A stretch of DNA of 25,000 bases. It comes from Takakia lepidozioides. Taxonomy: Eukaryota; Plantae; Bryophyta. Below the pieces are notes generated by a model. It ran no database searches. It was not told where the DNA came from and saw only the letters and a program-made list of their open reading frames with translations. Made by a program: the position numbers and the translations under genes. The stretch spans positions 1 through 25,000 of the forward strand of contig JAKLZA010000211.1 in assembly GCA_030704615.1 (NCBI GenBank), given 5' to 3'. Of this stretch, positions 1-11,446 are shown piece after piece. Numbering within the stretch: position 1 is the stretch's first letter; each line of letters starts with the position of its first letter.

Positions 1-1822
1 CCGAAGGGTGTACGGGGAAGACCCCAATGTTCCCATGGAAGGCATTGAGAGATCTTGTGGGTTCCATTTTCTGCAGAGCCTTTCGCAGTACACAACCACG
101 CTCTTGGCGCCAGATTTCAGAGAGGAGCACCATTCCATGTGCCTTGCGTGGAAGCGCGCTCCCACCTTGGATGATGCAGAGACACAGTTTGCATGTATAC
201 AGGCTTGGTGGACATCGTCAAGTGCTGTAAGGAAATCAGACGAGGGAGCAATGGTCAGTTGGCTAGCATGGTGGCATTATCGTTTCCTCCAGTTCTGCGA
301 CTATATGCGGGAGGTGAGTTGCACGAATTCGCGTCCCGTTGAATATTATTCTTGGCCATATTTGTAACTTGCTTGTAACCTCAACATGTGCTTGTGCAGG
401 AAATGTGTCTCGACTCCGACACCGACATGCCCACGACAAACATGGCCGAATCAGTGCACTCTTCTTGGCGTGCCTCCTCTGCGGCGCATCTGGTGGACAT
501 CCTCACTGCCACAATGGATGACATTGTGAGGTCAATTATGCAGCAATAGCAAAGCAGGTACAACGAGTTCTTGAAAGGGAAACAGTGGGGCTTGGGGCCG
601 GACAAGCAGGAAATGCTGATGCGGACTGCCTCTAGATCGAAGAATCCTCGGAAGTGGCGGCGGCCTTGCGAGAGGGCCTTCGGGACACGCCATTGCTGCG
701 AAGAGGCCAACATTTGGAAGGAGATGTTCATACCCGTCCAGTGAGACAAAGACTTGACGAGGCACCTGGCGGAGAAGAGGATTCATGACGAGCTGACAAG
801 AATATTCGCACGCTCCCTCGTGGTCCGGTGATGTTGCCCGAGGAGGTCTCGTCGAGCACCGCAAGTCCTGCACGTTCAAGATCGCCATCTCCTTTGAGCA
901 CAGGGCGCATGCCCCGGCAACATAACGAGCCATCTGTAGTAAAGCAGTACAACATTCCCATTGTGGAGACAAGAGTGTCGGAGTCACAGTGGAGAATTGC
1001 GAGGACATTGCCGGCATTTCGAGGGAAGTGCTGCGCCATCCGGGTGGATACGAGAGCACGCTGTGGTGAGATGATTCGGAGGAACCCACACGGTGTTGTA
1101 CGTGCACCTTGTTCAGCGGCAGATTTTTGACTCTCACATTTGCTCACGCCACAACGCAGACATTTTGGTTCTGTAGGCACGACATAATGACCTGTGTATT
1201 TGGCAAGCCCAAGTACGGGATTCAGGGAATGTCGGAGCCTTCGGGCGTTTGGCCTGTTGCACCGGGTTGCAGCCTCTCTCAGAATGAGGCGGATGCTCTA
1301 TCTGCAGCAGGATTTCGAATGGTGCAACGCACAGACATCCCGGCCCACGCATTTTCGGTTCCTCAGACCCAGCCATTGCAGACTGCTCGGTCCAGTAGAG
1401 ACGGATTGGACAATTCTGCACATCCCACAATGCGATTCGGAAGAGTGAAGAGACGACACCCTCCCAACAAGTTGAATGAGACTCGGATTGCCAATGCTCT
1501 TGGGATGGCTTGCACTATTCAAAGCTCCGTGGACGTACCCCCACCCGGCCTTGGGCGTGTGTATCGGATGGCAACGGCCGGCTCGGCTGTACGCGACGAT
1601 GTATACACAATTACGATTGGAGTGGAGCCGACTTGCAATTGTACGGACTTCTCGTTGATAGAAGCAAAGAAGGGTTCGAAGTATTATCCGTGCAAGCATC
1701 TGTATTACATTTACCTGAAGAGGTTGAGGATGAACGTGACTATTGATGACTTTATTCATGCACCAGCGTTGAGCGTGAACGAGCTGCACAAACTCCTCCT
1801 TAGGGATTCCAGAAATCATTGA
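1..1822 (+). pseudogene. MULE (Mutator-like) transposase with C-terminal SWIM zinc finger; 5' end outside window; frameshifted, with an internal stop
   Basis: ORF 8-367 has the MULE CxFH motif (ERSCGFHFLQSL). A phase-0 GT-AG intron (314-399) joins it to EMCLDSDTDMPTTNMAESVHSSW, matching the MULE TN..ES.H catalytic-Glu motif; in-frame TAG at ~547. ORF 1109-1822 ends with a SWIM finger (YTITIGVEPTCNCTDF...YYPCKHLYYIY, CxC...CxH). Confidence 0.8.
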
Positions 1823-1977
1823 TGGGGCAAAGGGAATCCTCCATATGGATATTTTCAATTGCATTTTGCTGTATCAGATTTTTTTTGCACTGTAATGAAA
1901 TGCACCCCAAAACTCTTGGAATGAGGCAATATTCCATTCAAACTGAGATCCAACAGAAGCAGTTGTGGGGCCATTTC

Positions 1978-2413
1978 TGGAACAATGGCGCCGAATTTCT
2001 TTTTTTGGGGCCGAAAACTGGCTAAGTCCCAACATGCACTGGTACCTGTGTCTGGGAAAATGGCGCCGAATTTCTCTTTTTTGGGCCGAAAACTAGCTAA
2101 GTCCCAACATGCACTGGTACCATGTCTGGAAAAATGGCGCCGAATTTCTCTTTTTTGGGCCGAAAACTGGCTAAGTCCCAACATGCACTGGTACAGTGTT
2201 TGGAAAAATGGCGCCGAATTTCCCTATTTTGCGCCGAAAACTGGCTAAGTCCGAACATGCACTGAAAAAATGGCGCCGAATTACCTGTCATGAGGGGACC
2301 TATAGCCGCGGAATTCGGCACCATTTTTCGCCAGAGAGACCTATTACCGCGAAATACGTCGTCGTTTTTTCAGGTTACGAACCCTATTACCGCGAAATTC
2401 GGCGCCATATTTG
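1978..2413. repeat. ~74-bp tandem subterminal repeat (core AAAATGGCGCCGAATTT), 4-5 direct copies followed by inverted core copies
   Basis: TGGCGCCGAA starts at 1986, 2061, 2135, 2209 and 2271 (periods 75/74/74/62). Reverse-complement cores lie at ~2311-2328 and ~2394-2412. The array begins ~160 bp after the SWIM ORF stop. Confidence 0.9.
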
Positions 2414-2431
2414 CACATGTCGTTGGGAATT

Positions 2432-2640
2432 GGCATGAGCGGAAGACGAAATATCATGAGCACAACTGTCAAAACTGCAATTTTCCCTTCAAGGGGCCGA
2501 ATAATATATTTGTTTTTCCTGACACATTGCATTAAATTAATGTTTTTATTGTTTTTTATTTTCGAAATTTGTACTTCTGCTCATGAAAACCGATTGTCTT
2601 ATTACTCCGCTCATGCCGCTCATGCCGCTCATGCTCATGA
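2432..2640. repeat. Imperfect inverted repeat ending in a short 9-bp tandem (GCTCATGCC)n
   Basis: GGCATGAGCGGA...TCATGAGCA (2432-2462) pairs with TGCTCATGA...TCCGCTCATGCC (2578-2617). GCTCATGCC is repeated about 3.5 times over 2609-2640. Confidence 0.6.
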
Positions 2641-3059
2641 AATAGCTAACCTCTGTTCCAACTACTCAAGCATTCATTCCACATCTTCACTCATATCTCT
2701 CGACACGGTGTGAATATGAAATAGGCATCATATTAATATCTATCATGTATCATCCCGAAGCCATGGTGTCTCTAACCTGCTCTATAGTGCATCTTTACAG
2801 CTTGCATGAATCAAGCATCATCTCGTCATATCTCCTCCTTTGTATAATCTCCATCCCTGTGCTCCAAGATCGTGCTCTCCGCCTGATCTCCTCAAGTGAT
2901 GACCAAGAAGTGCTCCAAGAAGTGACCCAAGAAGTGATCCCCTCCCTGTAGCTACTCTGCTTAACTAACTAACTGTCATCCAAGACAGAATACACGTTCC
3001 TTCTACAGATGTCGTTCTCACACAGTCGTTCCCTGCCAATGATAACCATTCCCTGTGAA

Positions 3060-3225
3060 CCATGTGACGGGTTGTGCCAAGCTGTGTCGAGCTGTGACTA
3101 TGTCGGGCTGTGACTGGCTGTGTGAAGCTGTGTAAGGTCGTGTTAGGCTGTGTCTGGCTGTGTAAGGCTGTGACAAGCTGTGTCAGCCTGTGTAAGCCTA
3201 TGACTGACTGTGCAGTGAGCCTGCC
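3060..3225. repeat. Degenerate ~10-bp minisatellite (GCTGTG-rich)
   Basis: Repeated gctgtgt/ggctgtg/agctgtg units over ~165 bp; this explains the spurious Cys/Val-rich ORFs here. Confidence 0.75.
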
Positions 3226-4108
3226 TACCACCCCTAAGGCCTCTGTTGGTTTGAGTCTACCATCCGTAAGTCTACACAAAATTAAGGGTACCCCACAGAA
3301 CCCGTAAAACTGTCTAAGTCCCAGATATCCCTCTAACAGGAAGCCACGTGCTTCCATTCACATACTATAATCGTGTAGCCTTGGGACGAAGTCGTAGTGC
3401 GGCTTCGGCGTGTTCTTGCCAAAAGTATGGCATATCACTATTCTTGTCGCATGCATGATTAGCCATTTTTCACAATCTATATTTGTCGACAAGCGTAATT
3501 AGCTGGTAGGGATCTAACCAATAAGTAGACGCTAACTATAGAATCTAAATTGCTACAGTTTTTAACATGCACCCAAGTTATGAAATCCTTAGATGCATTA
3601 CGACAATTAAACCAACCTAATTTTTTTTTTAAACAATAACATCTACTCTATTTCACAAGGGCTCCAAATATCGGTAATGTTTTTGTTCAAATAAAGCAAG
3701 CAACATCACCATGGGTGTTGGTAGTTGGTGAGCTGGTGAATGGACCAAAATATTGGTGAGCTGGTGAGTTGACCAAAATATTGGTGAGTATAAAATCAAA
3801 AGGAATATCGTATGAGCACAACTTAAGATTTTCAGATACAATAAATTTATATATATGCTCACATAAATTTATAATATGAGCATTAGTTTTTGTATTTTGT
3901 TTGGGTTGCAATTTGAATTGGGATTAGGTTCAGCATCATGTAGTTCTCCAACGAACCACACACTATGTATGTGTGGCTCGCCAGAGAACCAAGCCCAAGC
4001 CCAATATTTCCGATCCTAAAGCAAACCTATATCGAAGCCATCTCATTGGTGCTGAACTTGTCAACACTCGTTGAACCTACAAGCCTGATTAGATTCTCAT
4101 GTCCAAAT

Positions 4109-4954
4109 GTGTTGGACTGGTATTATATAGGGCCTGGCCGGGTATCAACCAGGGTATTAAATAACCGGCCCGGCTGGTATTGGCTGTTGTAATACTAGGG
4201 TTAGTAACCGAACCGGCTGATATTGGCAATTCCAATACCTAGGTTGATACCCTACATAGGCTAGTATTGCCAAAGGCAATACTTGTGCAATACAACAAAA
4301 ACAAGGACTACACACATTGTATAGATATGAAGTTGGGCGGGTGCACATATTAGGGGTGATGGCATGTCCAGCCCCAAAGGCCCGCCAAGCACAACCTCCA
4401 CAAATTGGTGCTGATTCTACAAAATTGGCCATTGGCTGTATGACATGCGGACAAATTGCAAGGTGCTGGAGCAAGGGATCAAGGATTTTTTTTTGTCAGA
4501 AGACAATATGATTGATGAATATAAGGACCTCATTGCAGATGTTGGCATATTTGATGAGGCTTGCAATCAGTTTTCTTTTAACTCATTTTGCATACTAAAA
4601 TCTGCAACATTATTATGTAATGCAAAGTTTGAATTTGCAACAGAATATTTAATTTCTTTGTGAAATCTAGTATGCTTCTAGATTCAAGGAAAGACATTAA
4701 TAATTTAATGGTTGTTTTAATTCCAATTTTAATTATTCATATCCGGGTCAATTACCGGCTGATATTATGATTGGACTACCCATCCTATTGATTACTGTCC
4801 ACAAATAAAAAATCATACTACTATTAAGGACCGGCGGATATTAAAATTAAGTGAATCTTCCAATACTATGGACCCGGCTGGTATTGAAAAATAATTTCTT
4901 TTCAAAACCAGAACCCCCATGGTATTTAAAAAAAGTAATACCCGCCCAACACTG
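4109..4954. mobile_element. Old non-autonomous hAT-like element (MITE)
   Basis: Left GTGTTGGACTGGTATTA (4109) matches the reverse complement of the right end, CAGTGTTGGGCGGGTATTA (ends 4954). CCGGCTG(G/A)TATT motifs occur near both ends. The 8-bp flanks GTCCAAAT and GTCTGAAC differ only by transitions, consistent with a decayed TSD. Confidence 0.5.
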
Positions 4955-5062
4955 GTCTGAACCTGAAAAAATTGGCCATTGACAATTTGACACGCTCACC
5001 CGCTCACCTACTAGCCGCCGCTCATCCCCCATCAACCATCTACATATCATATTGTATTCTAC

Positions 5063-5220
5063 GTTGGCAATAGGGTTGGTATTCTGTGAGCACAGTGTGA
5101 GGAGAGCAGGGCGTGAGCACAACCCGCGGTCGTAGGGGTTAAATGTTTCCAAACCGCGGTCATAGGAATTACATGTTAACAGGCACGGTGCTCACACGCT
5201 ACCCAACCTCCGTTGGCAAC
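5063..5220. repeat. Degenerate inverted repeat (MITE relic) just upstream of the protease gene
   Basis: GTTGGCAATAGGGTTGGTATTCTGTGAGCACAGTG (5063-5097) resembles the reverse complement of 5184-5220 (GTTGCCAACGGAGGTTGGGTAGCGTGTGAGCACCGTG). Confidence 0.5.
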
Positions 5221-5290
5221 AGTATAATGTTGTGGAAGAAAATCCATGAGCGGGGGTGATGGTTCCTAGGCTTGGGCAATAGGCCTAGTC

Positions 5291-5297
5291 TATATAA
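5291..5297 (+). promoter_or_regulatory. Putative TATA box of the aspartic protease gene
   Basis: CTATATAA starts 65-66 bp upstream of the ATG at 5356. Confidence 0.5.
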
Positions 5298-5355
5298 CTA
5301 CCAAGTTGTTTGTCTAAATATGAGTATGTTTTGGCAACACTTAGCAAATAGAACA

Positions 5356-8322
5356 ATGGATTACCAACCGTCTGCGCTTTTTATGAGCTCCCTCTTTCTT
5401 CTTGTACTACTACGAGTCAACTCATCGGGTGCCGCCAACGACTATAGCCATGGGACAAGACGCACATTTGTGTTGGATGCTTCAATACCTAGAGAGTTGG
5501 TTGAGATCAATGCCACCCAACACGGTGTATCCTTTGCACTCACCCACGTCGACTCGCCCCACTCCCCTTTGAGGCCCGCTCATTGTCGCAAAGATGATGA
5601 GGCGTGTGTGCATGCGGCTAGGAGGGCTCGGCACAATATTGCAGTGTTGGGCCCTTCTACGCGCAGCAAGTTTCCTAGCCGGAACCTGAAACAGGATGTT
5701 TTTCTCTCCACGACCCAACCACAAATAACCTACGGTTCACAATTAGAATATTTTACAACCATTCAAGTGGGCACCAATCCAGGACAAACCCCCCAATACG
5801 TCCTCATAGACACCAGCAGCGACTTCACTTGGATCCAAGCCTATCCATGTGATGTAAGTACATCCGCCTCATTCAATATTTTTGGCAGATGCATCATGTT
5901 TGACATTAATTAGAGAATAAATATGGTTTGACGAGAGTGTACACACTTTTTTCAAGGACTATTTGAAGACAAATATGATGGCATTAATTTTGTTTTGGTT
6001 GTGCAGTCTTGTCGACCACAAACATCAGCTGGTTATTCACCTTGGTCCTCGTATACTTCAAGAAATATTTTGTGCTGTGACGTTGAATGTCTTAAGTTAT
6101 ATGCGAATGGCGACTTTCATGGTTGTGACGATCAGAATAACGATAATTGTTTATACAAAACTATGTATAGCGACCAGTTGCACCCGATAGGAGCCAACGA
6201 TCAGTACAGCTTGGGTCGACTTGCTACTGAGAACATAGCATTGATGAATCAGAATGGACGCCTAGTCACTATTCCAAGTATACATGTTTGGTGACTCTTC
6301 TTGTTTTGAAATGCTTTTGGGCATGTAACATTTTTACCCATTGTTAGATTGAAAATTTGATACGAAAAACAATAGGAATTTTGTAAGAACTTAATACACA
6401 TGTGCGATCTGACCGTTCATGCGCCGGATGTAGGCAACGTGAGCTCTTCCAGCGGGCCCTCTTATAGATTCTCCCTAGGGGCCCACTTACCCAAACGTCA
6501 CTATTAAATACTTTGAATGCAAGAGGTTGGTAAGTAGTGGTGAGTAGCCCATGGGTAAGGTACGGTGATGGCGGTGGAGGTTGTGGGATGGTGTCAACCC
6601 CCTACGTCTCGTATAACTCCTCTTAGTGCATTGTATATTTAGCCAAATTTGGACAGTCCAATTGCGAAGCCAAGTGGGAGTTATTCCAAGTAGCCTTTAC
6701 ACTCCTTTCAGTGTCACCTGATTGGAGTTACATTCCCTTCTAAACCCAATTGACCGTTATCCCAACTTCTGTTCAATGTCACTCTCGAGAGCCGATAAAA
6801 AAGATTTGATATGCTAGAAACTGACTTAGCATCATGTCAAACAATCACACATATGCATTAAATTCTTACATTATTCCTAGTATTCGTCAGTTGATATTAT
6901 TTGTACTGTTGTTTATTTTTCAGAGGTTATGATGGGATTCGGGCAAGAACAAACGCTATCTATGAATACGTTGGCTGCCGGCATCTTGGGCCTTGGAGGT
7001 GGAGGGAAATCTGAGTTCTCCATGTCAGCCCAAATCGCCCTTCATGGTGGACCACTAATGACCAATCAATTCTCCTATTGTTTGCCACAACCCCAGGGTC
7101 ATCACAACGGATTATTGATATTTGGTTCCAGGTCGATAACCTTATGTACGTTCAATTTTTCATCTTTTGAAGTTGCCAAATTATTTTGGAGATCATGAAT
7201 CTTATATATATATATAATTTCCTTTAAGTGTATATTTGAAACAAGCATCGAGCAACAAACCATGGTCCAAATATTAGGGGCATCAGTCCGCCTTTACAAG
7301 TGGTCATGTGTTCAGATCCACATAGGTGTATGTTGGATATCACATATTATGGCCAATTTAGCTGCAAAGGGGGTACTTGGATCGACGAGTAAAAAGCATA
7401 ATGTGTGGATATGTGGGGATTTAATTTGAGTCCTAGCTAGGGAGGGGAGTGCAACTGCATTGCCTTGTTTTCGGCCATTAAAAGATGTCAACTTTCCAAA
7501 CTAAAGGCAATAGTCACCCGGGTGAAGGGATAGCAGAAGTTGCGCTTGCTTTGATAAGAGTCTTTCTTCTTTATCTCACAGATATATTACGAGTCACATT
7601 TTTATCATGAAAAGTATGTAAAAAGTGACAATCCACATTAGGATTTTGACTCAAACTTCTTTTGGGGCCATAATTTTATTTTATATAACATATATAAGAC
7701 ATTATCTTAACAATGTTCTTTTCCACAATACATTGCAGTTCCTGACGCCATCTTTGTGCAAATGCCGGATAGAGGGGTTTATGGATCGAGTACATATTAT
7801 GTTCCTCTCACGAGAATTTTAGTGAATGACCAAGAAGTGCCCAATATGCCTGCTTACATCTTTGACATCGACGGGGAAGGTGAAGGAGGTGTGATAATTG
7901 ACACCAACACTAAATACACAACCCTCACTACAGAAGCATATTTGCCATTCAGGGCCGCATTTATTGATGCAGCATCACGAATGCCGAATGGGCCTCAAGG
8001 CCCACCTCACGATGTCATCCAGACATACCATTACTTCGACACGTGTTGGGATGCGGATCTTGACTTGCCTCTTCCCGAATTTCCAACAGTGACATTTATG
8101 TTTGACGATGGTGAAACGACTTTGCGTTGGAGATTGAGTAGAGAACAAACTATGTTCTATGAAGGAGACAATGTATTTGGCACAGAACGCGTGTGTTTAG
8201 CTTTTAGCTGTCGTAGTCAACGTCAAATGAGTTTTATTGGCGCTTGGCAACAACAAAATATACAAGTTCTGTTCGATTTGCCTCAGAACAAAATTGGACT
8301 TTCTGCATTTAGTTGCATATAA
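5356..8322 (+). CDS. Secreted A1-family (nepenthesin/CDR1-like, TAXi_N + TAXi_C) aspartic protease homologue, 524 aa; exons 5356-5853, 6007-6277, 6924-7145, 7739-8322
   Basis: Hydrophobic signal peptide (LFMSSLFLLVLLRVNSSGA) and propeptide (LTHVDSPHSP), then family motifs EYFTTIQVGT..Q..VLIDTSSDFTW, Cys-rich NAP-like insert, GILGLG, FSYCL, YYVPL, GVIIDTNTKYT, CLAF and IGAWQQQNIQVLFDL...IGL...C. Three GT-AG introns (phases 0,1,1) give an uninterrupted 1575-nt frame ending in TAA. Confidence 0.9.
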
Positions 8323-8507
8323 GATTAACGGTCAATAAATTTATTGTAATTCGTCTTTACAGTCAATTCTTCAAAAATATTTGTTGTAAGTATACAGACT
8401 ATTTGACGGATAATGGAATAATAGTTATTGTTTATTTTTATTTTTTCTATGTCATTTGATAATTATTATTAAAAAACGTTGTGTTTTATTTAAGGTTTGT
8501 ACTAATG

Positions 8508-8605
8508 TTGAGCGGATATTAGATTTTGCTTCAAACCCTTGGCGGATCCCAGCCCGGTATGTGTGTGTGTGTGCCAAAGGTCAAAAAATCTAATGTCCGC
8601 CTCAA
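8508..8605. repeat. ~100-bp hairpin (micro-MITE-like) with internal (TG)n
   Basis: TTGAGCGGATATTAGATTTT (8508) pairs with AAAATCTAATGTCCGCCTCAA (ends 8605). Confidence 0.6.
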
Positions 8606-9064
8606 TGAGGAATTACCGGATACGAAGATAACCGTAGCTGGTTGAGAACTGGTTCTTTTGATTTTATTTTTATTTTTATTTATTTTTAAAATTGTGGCAG
8701 TAGTTGATTAGAGAGGGTGAAAAAATAACCACCAAGAGGCCATGGATGGAGCTTATAGTGGGACGACTGCCTCGTAACCAAGAGTACAAAGAAAACATAA
8801 AGAAATGAAGTTTTGAGATCAATGAAGCAGAGAAAAAGAGCCAGAATGTACTATCATGAAGAAGATAAAGATAAGATAAGACAAAGTTTCTTTAACGTCC
8901 ACTGAATTTACAAAGCCTACTGCTCAACACACAAGCCATCGAGGGCCCAATGGACGGTTTGAAGGCACATGTTGAAGAACAAACCCATGATCACCTAGGT
9001 TATGCACAGGCAAGGCACAAACACCCAACCACTTAGGGCAGGAGATGATAGTAGAGAGTGAAAC

Positions 9065-9824
9065 TTAAGTGCAGATCAAGAGACCTAACCCAAGAACCAA
9101 AAAATTGAGATAGACATCAGCTTGGCGTGGAGGCTCGTAGTGGGGAGACCTCCCCGATACCAAGGGGTCAAATATAAGACTGAGGTGAGGGATATCGGAG
9201 ATCGAGTAGGTAGAGGGAAATTGTTTGACCCTCGCTGCGTTGACCAAGTGGCACGCAGCCATTTGTTGGTTTTTGGGTTGGATGAAGCAGGATCCCGTGG
9301 GGATGGAACCCTCCAATTCCCATGCCCATCACATTTCATCCCGTCATGCAAATTTGGATTTTTCAGCTTCATACTGTTTTTTTCTTTTTTTTTTCTTTCA
9401 ATAGCCCAAAATTTGGGGCCCATTTGCAACTGTGGCCTTTCCTATCAGATTCATTGATTGGCCCAAACATTTTCCAGGACCTGCACAGGATAGTTATTGC
9501 CCAAATTTCTGATTTTTCTAACATTTACAAGATTCTTGATCTGAAACCACAGCCGCGTGAGTTGCAAATATCACAAAGAGATGGGAGCATAGCAAATGAC
9601 TAGATGGAGGTTGTTTATGACCAAAATGAGCAAACTGAAGATCCTGATGGAGAGGTAAGCCAAAACAAAATTAAATTAAGTGCAGATCGAGAGACCTAGC
9701 CCAAGAACCAGAAAATTGAGAAAGACATCAGCTTGGCGTGGAGGCTCAAAGTGGAGAGACCTCCCCAATACCAAGGGATCAAATAAAGGTGAGAGATATC
9801 GGAGATCGAGTAGGCAGAGGGAAA
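9065..9824. repeat. Direct repeat pair of ~150 bp (9065-9220 and 9676-9824), probably retroelement-derived
   Basis: Both copies start TTAAGTGCAGATC(A/G)AGAGACCTA and end GGAGATCGAGTAGG(T/C)AGAGGGAAA; mostly substitutions plus one ~7-bp indel. Confidence 0.8.
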
Positions 9825-10858
9825 ATGGCCACAGAGTGTGGTGTGAAAACTGTGACCAACGACAAAAGATTAAACTATACAGGACGTTATCAGAGTTACA
9901 TTGGTTGCCCATCTATGCTGTAGTGGAAGAGTAAACAAGAGTAGACAAGAGTGAAAACTAAGCCATTGAGATAAGTGACAGCACGACTGTGATTGCATAT
10001 GGCAGCACTGCCCCTAAAGATCAATTCACAACAATCGAGGAGGTCGCATGAGCGGTGAGCATGAGTGGAGTATTCCGAACCTTGCCCGAACCTACACTGA
10101 ACCACAATTATAGAACCGAAAACGCAGATCCCGACATCCCCGTGCACCGACTTCCCCATACATAAAAGGGACAATTTGGGATTTTGTAAAAGTCCACGGA
10201 TAGGGGTTTCAACGCCTATAGCCGTGCCCAAGCCAATTTGGGATAAAACACCTTTACCCGTGCCAAGCTTGTGGGTGTTATAGTCGCCAACGACTACAGA
10301 AAGCATACGAAATTAGGAGGGTAATCGTCATCGAATTAATTCAATTACAATGTGGCAAATAAAACTTGGTTATTGTTATAGATGACACCGAGTAGGTGAC
10401 ACGCGTTGGGTGAACGAACGAAAGAAGCATATGAGGAACGTAGATGAGCGAAGGTACTACGTTGAAGGCATAGAGTATAGTCAATGCCGACTTCATGCAC
10501 TTAAGTTAAATGTGGCAACTGAGTAGAGTCTCTGTTTGAAACTCCATACAGCGCATTGCCTACCCATGGCTGTTGGTTTTGGAGGAGATCATAAAGCACT
10601 CAAAGAATGAGTGTGGGTTGTCTTGATCAAGGTTGCACATGTCAGTGACGTCACGTCACGTCGGACCTGACGCTGACGCGACCAACATCACGTCAAGTTT
10701 GCCAAAAAATCAGTAAAACATGAGTTAGGTAAAAAATATGCCACGTAGGTGGACACGTTGTATTCCAAGCGACACCTTGGCAAGTGAATGAATTGTTTTA
10801 TAAATTACTCCATCCGCCAGTATTTGAGGTCATTTTTAAATCATTATTGTTAAATTGG

Positions 10859-11446
10859 TGCGACCTCCAAATGTTGGTGGTCGTAGAATTTATCTTATTT
10901 TTTAATAGTTGTGACCACCAGCAAAGGGGTTGTCGCAGCATTTGTGATTTTTAAAAAAGATGCGACCACCAGCAGGGGTGGTTGCATTTTTTTCTTTTCT
11001 TAAACAGTTGCGACCACTGCTACTGGTGGTCGCACAATTTTTATTTTATTTGTAATAGGTGCGACCACCATCAGGGGGGTGGTCGCAACATTTTTCTATT
11101 TTTTAATATCTGCGACCGCCAGCATGGGGTGGTCGCAGTATTTTCCTATTTTTTTAATAGGTGCGACCACCAGAAGGGGGGTGGTCGCAGCAATTTTTTG
11201 TTTTTTAATATATGTGACCACCAGCATGGGGGTGGTCGCAGCATTTTTCTTTTTTTTAATAGTTGCGACCACCAGCAGGGGGGTAGCAGCAATTTTCTGT
11301 TTTTTAATATCTGCGACCACCAGCATGACGATGGTCACAACAGTTTTTTTTTTAATAGGTGCGACCACCAGCATGGGGTGGTCGCAACATTTGTTAATTA
11401 ATTTAAATAACATGCGACTTCCTCGTGCGACCTGGAGCGGTCGTAG
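10859..11446. repeat. Left array of ~11-12 palindromic units TGCGACCACCAGCAGGGGGGTGGTCGCA with T-rich linkers, ~50-bp period
   Basis: Units start at about 10859, 10910, 10961, 11008, 11060, 11111, 11163, 11213, 11264, 11312, 11360 (degenerate at 11413). Confidence 0.92.

Noticed and set aside
2472-2487. MULE right TIR end (reverse complement GGGAAAATTGCAGTTT)
   Set aside because: Plausible but untestable because the left end and TSD are outside the window, and it lies inside another inverted repeat (2432-2617).
5272-5355. Upstream in-frame starts for the protease (TTG 5272, ATG 5320/5326)
   Set aside because: They overlap or lie too close to the TATA box; ATG 5356 directly precedes the signal peptide.
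9919-10298. Solo LTR with TGTAGT...ACTACA ends
   Set aside because: Flanks TATGC and GAAAG do not form a TSD, and no PBS or PPT is evident.
10859-11446. CRISPR array (palindromic ~28-bp repeats with ~22-bp spacers); likewise 16097-16504 and 1978-2290
   Set aside because: Spacers resemble each other and are low-complexity, the arrays are mirrored around or adjacent to transposases, there are no cas genes, and the context is eukaryotic with introns.
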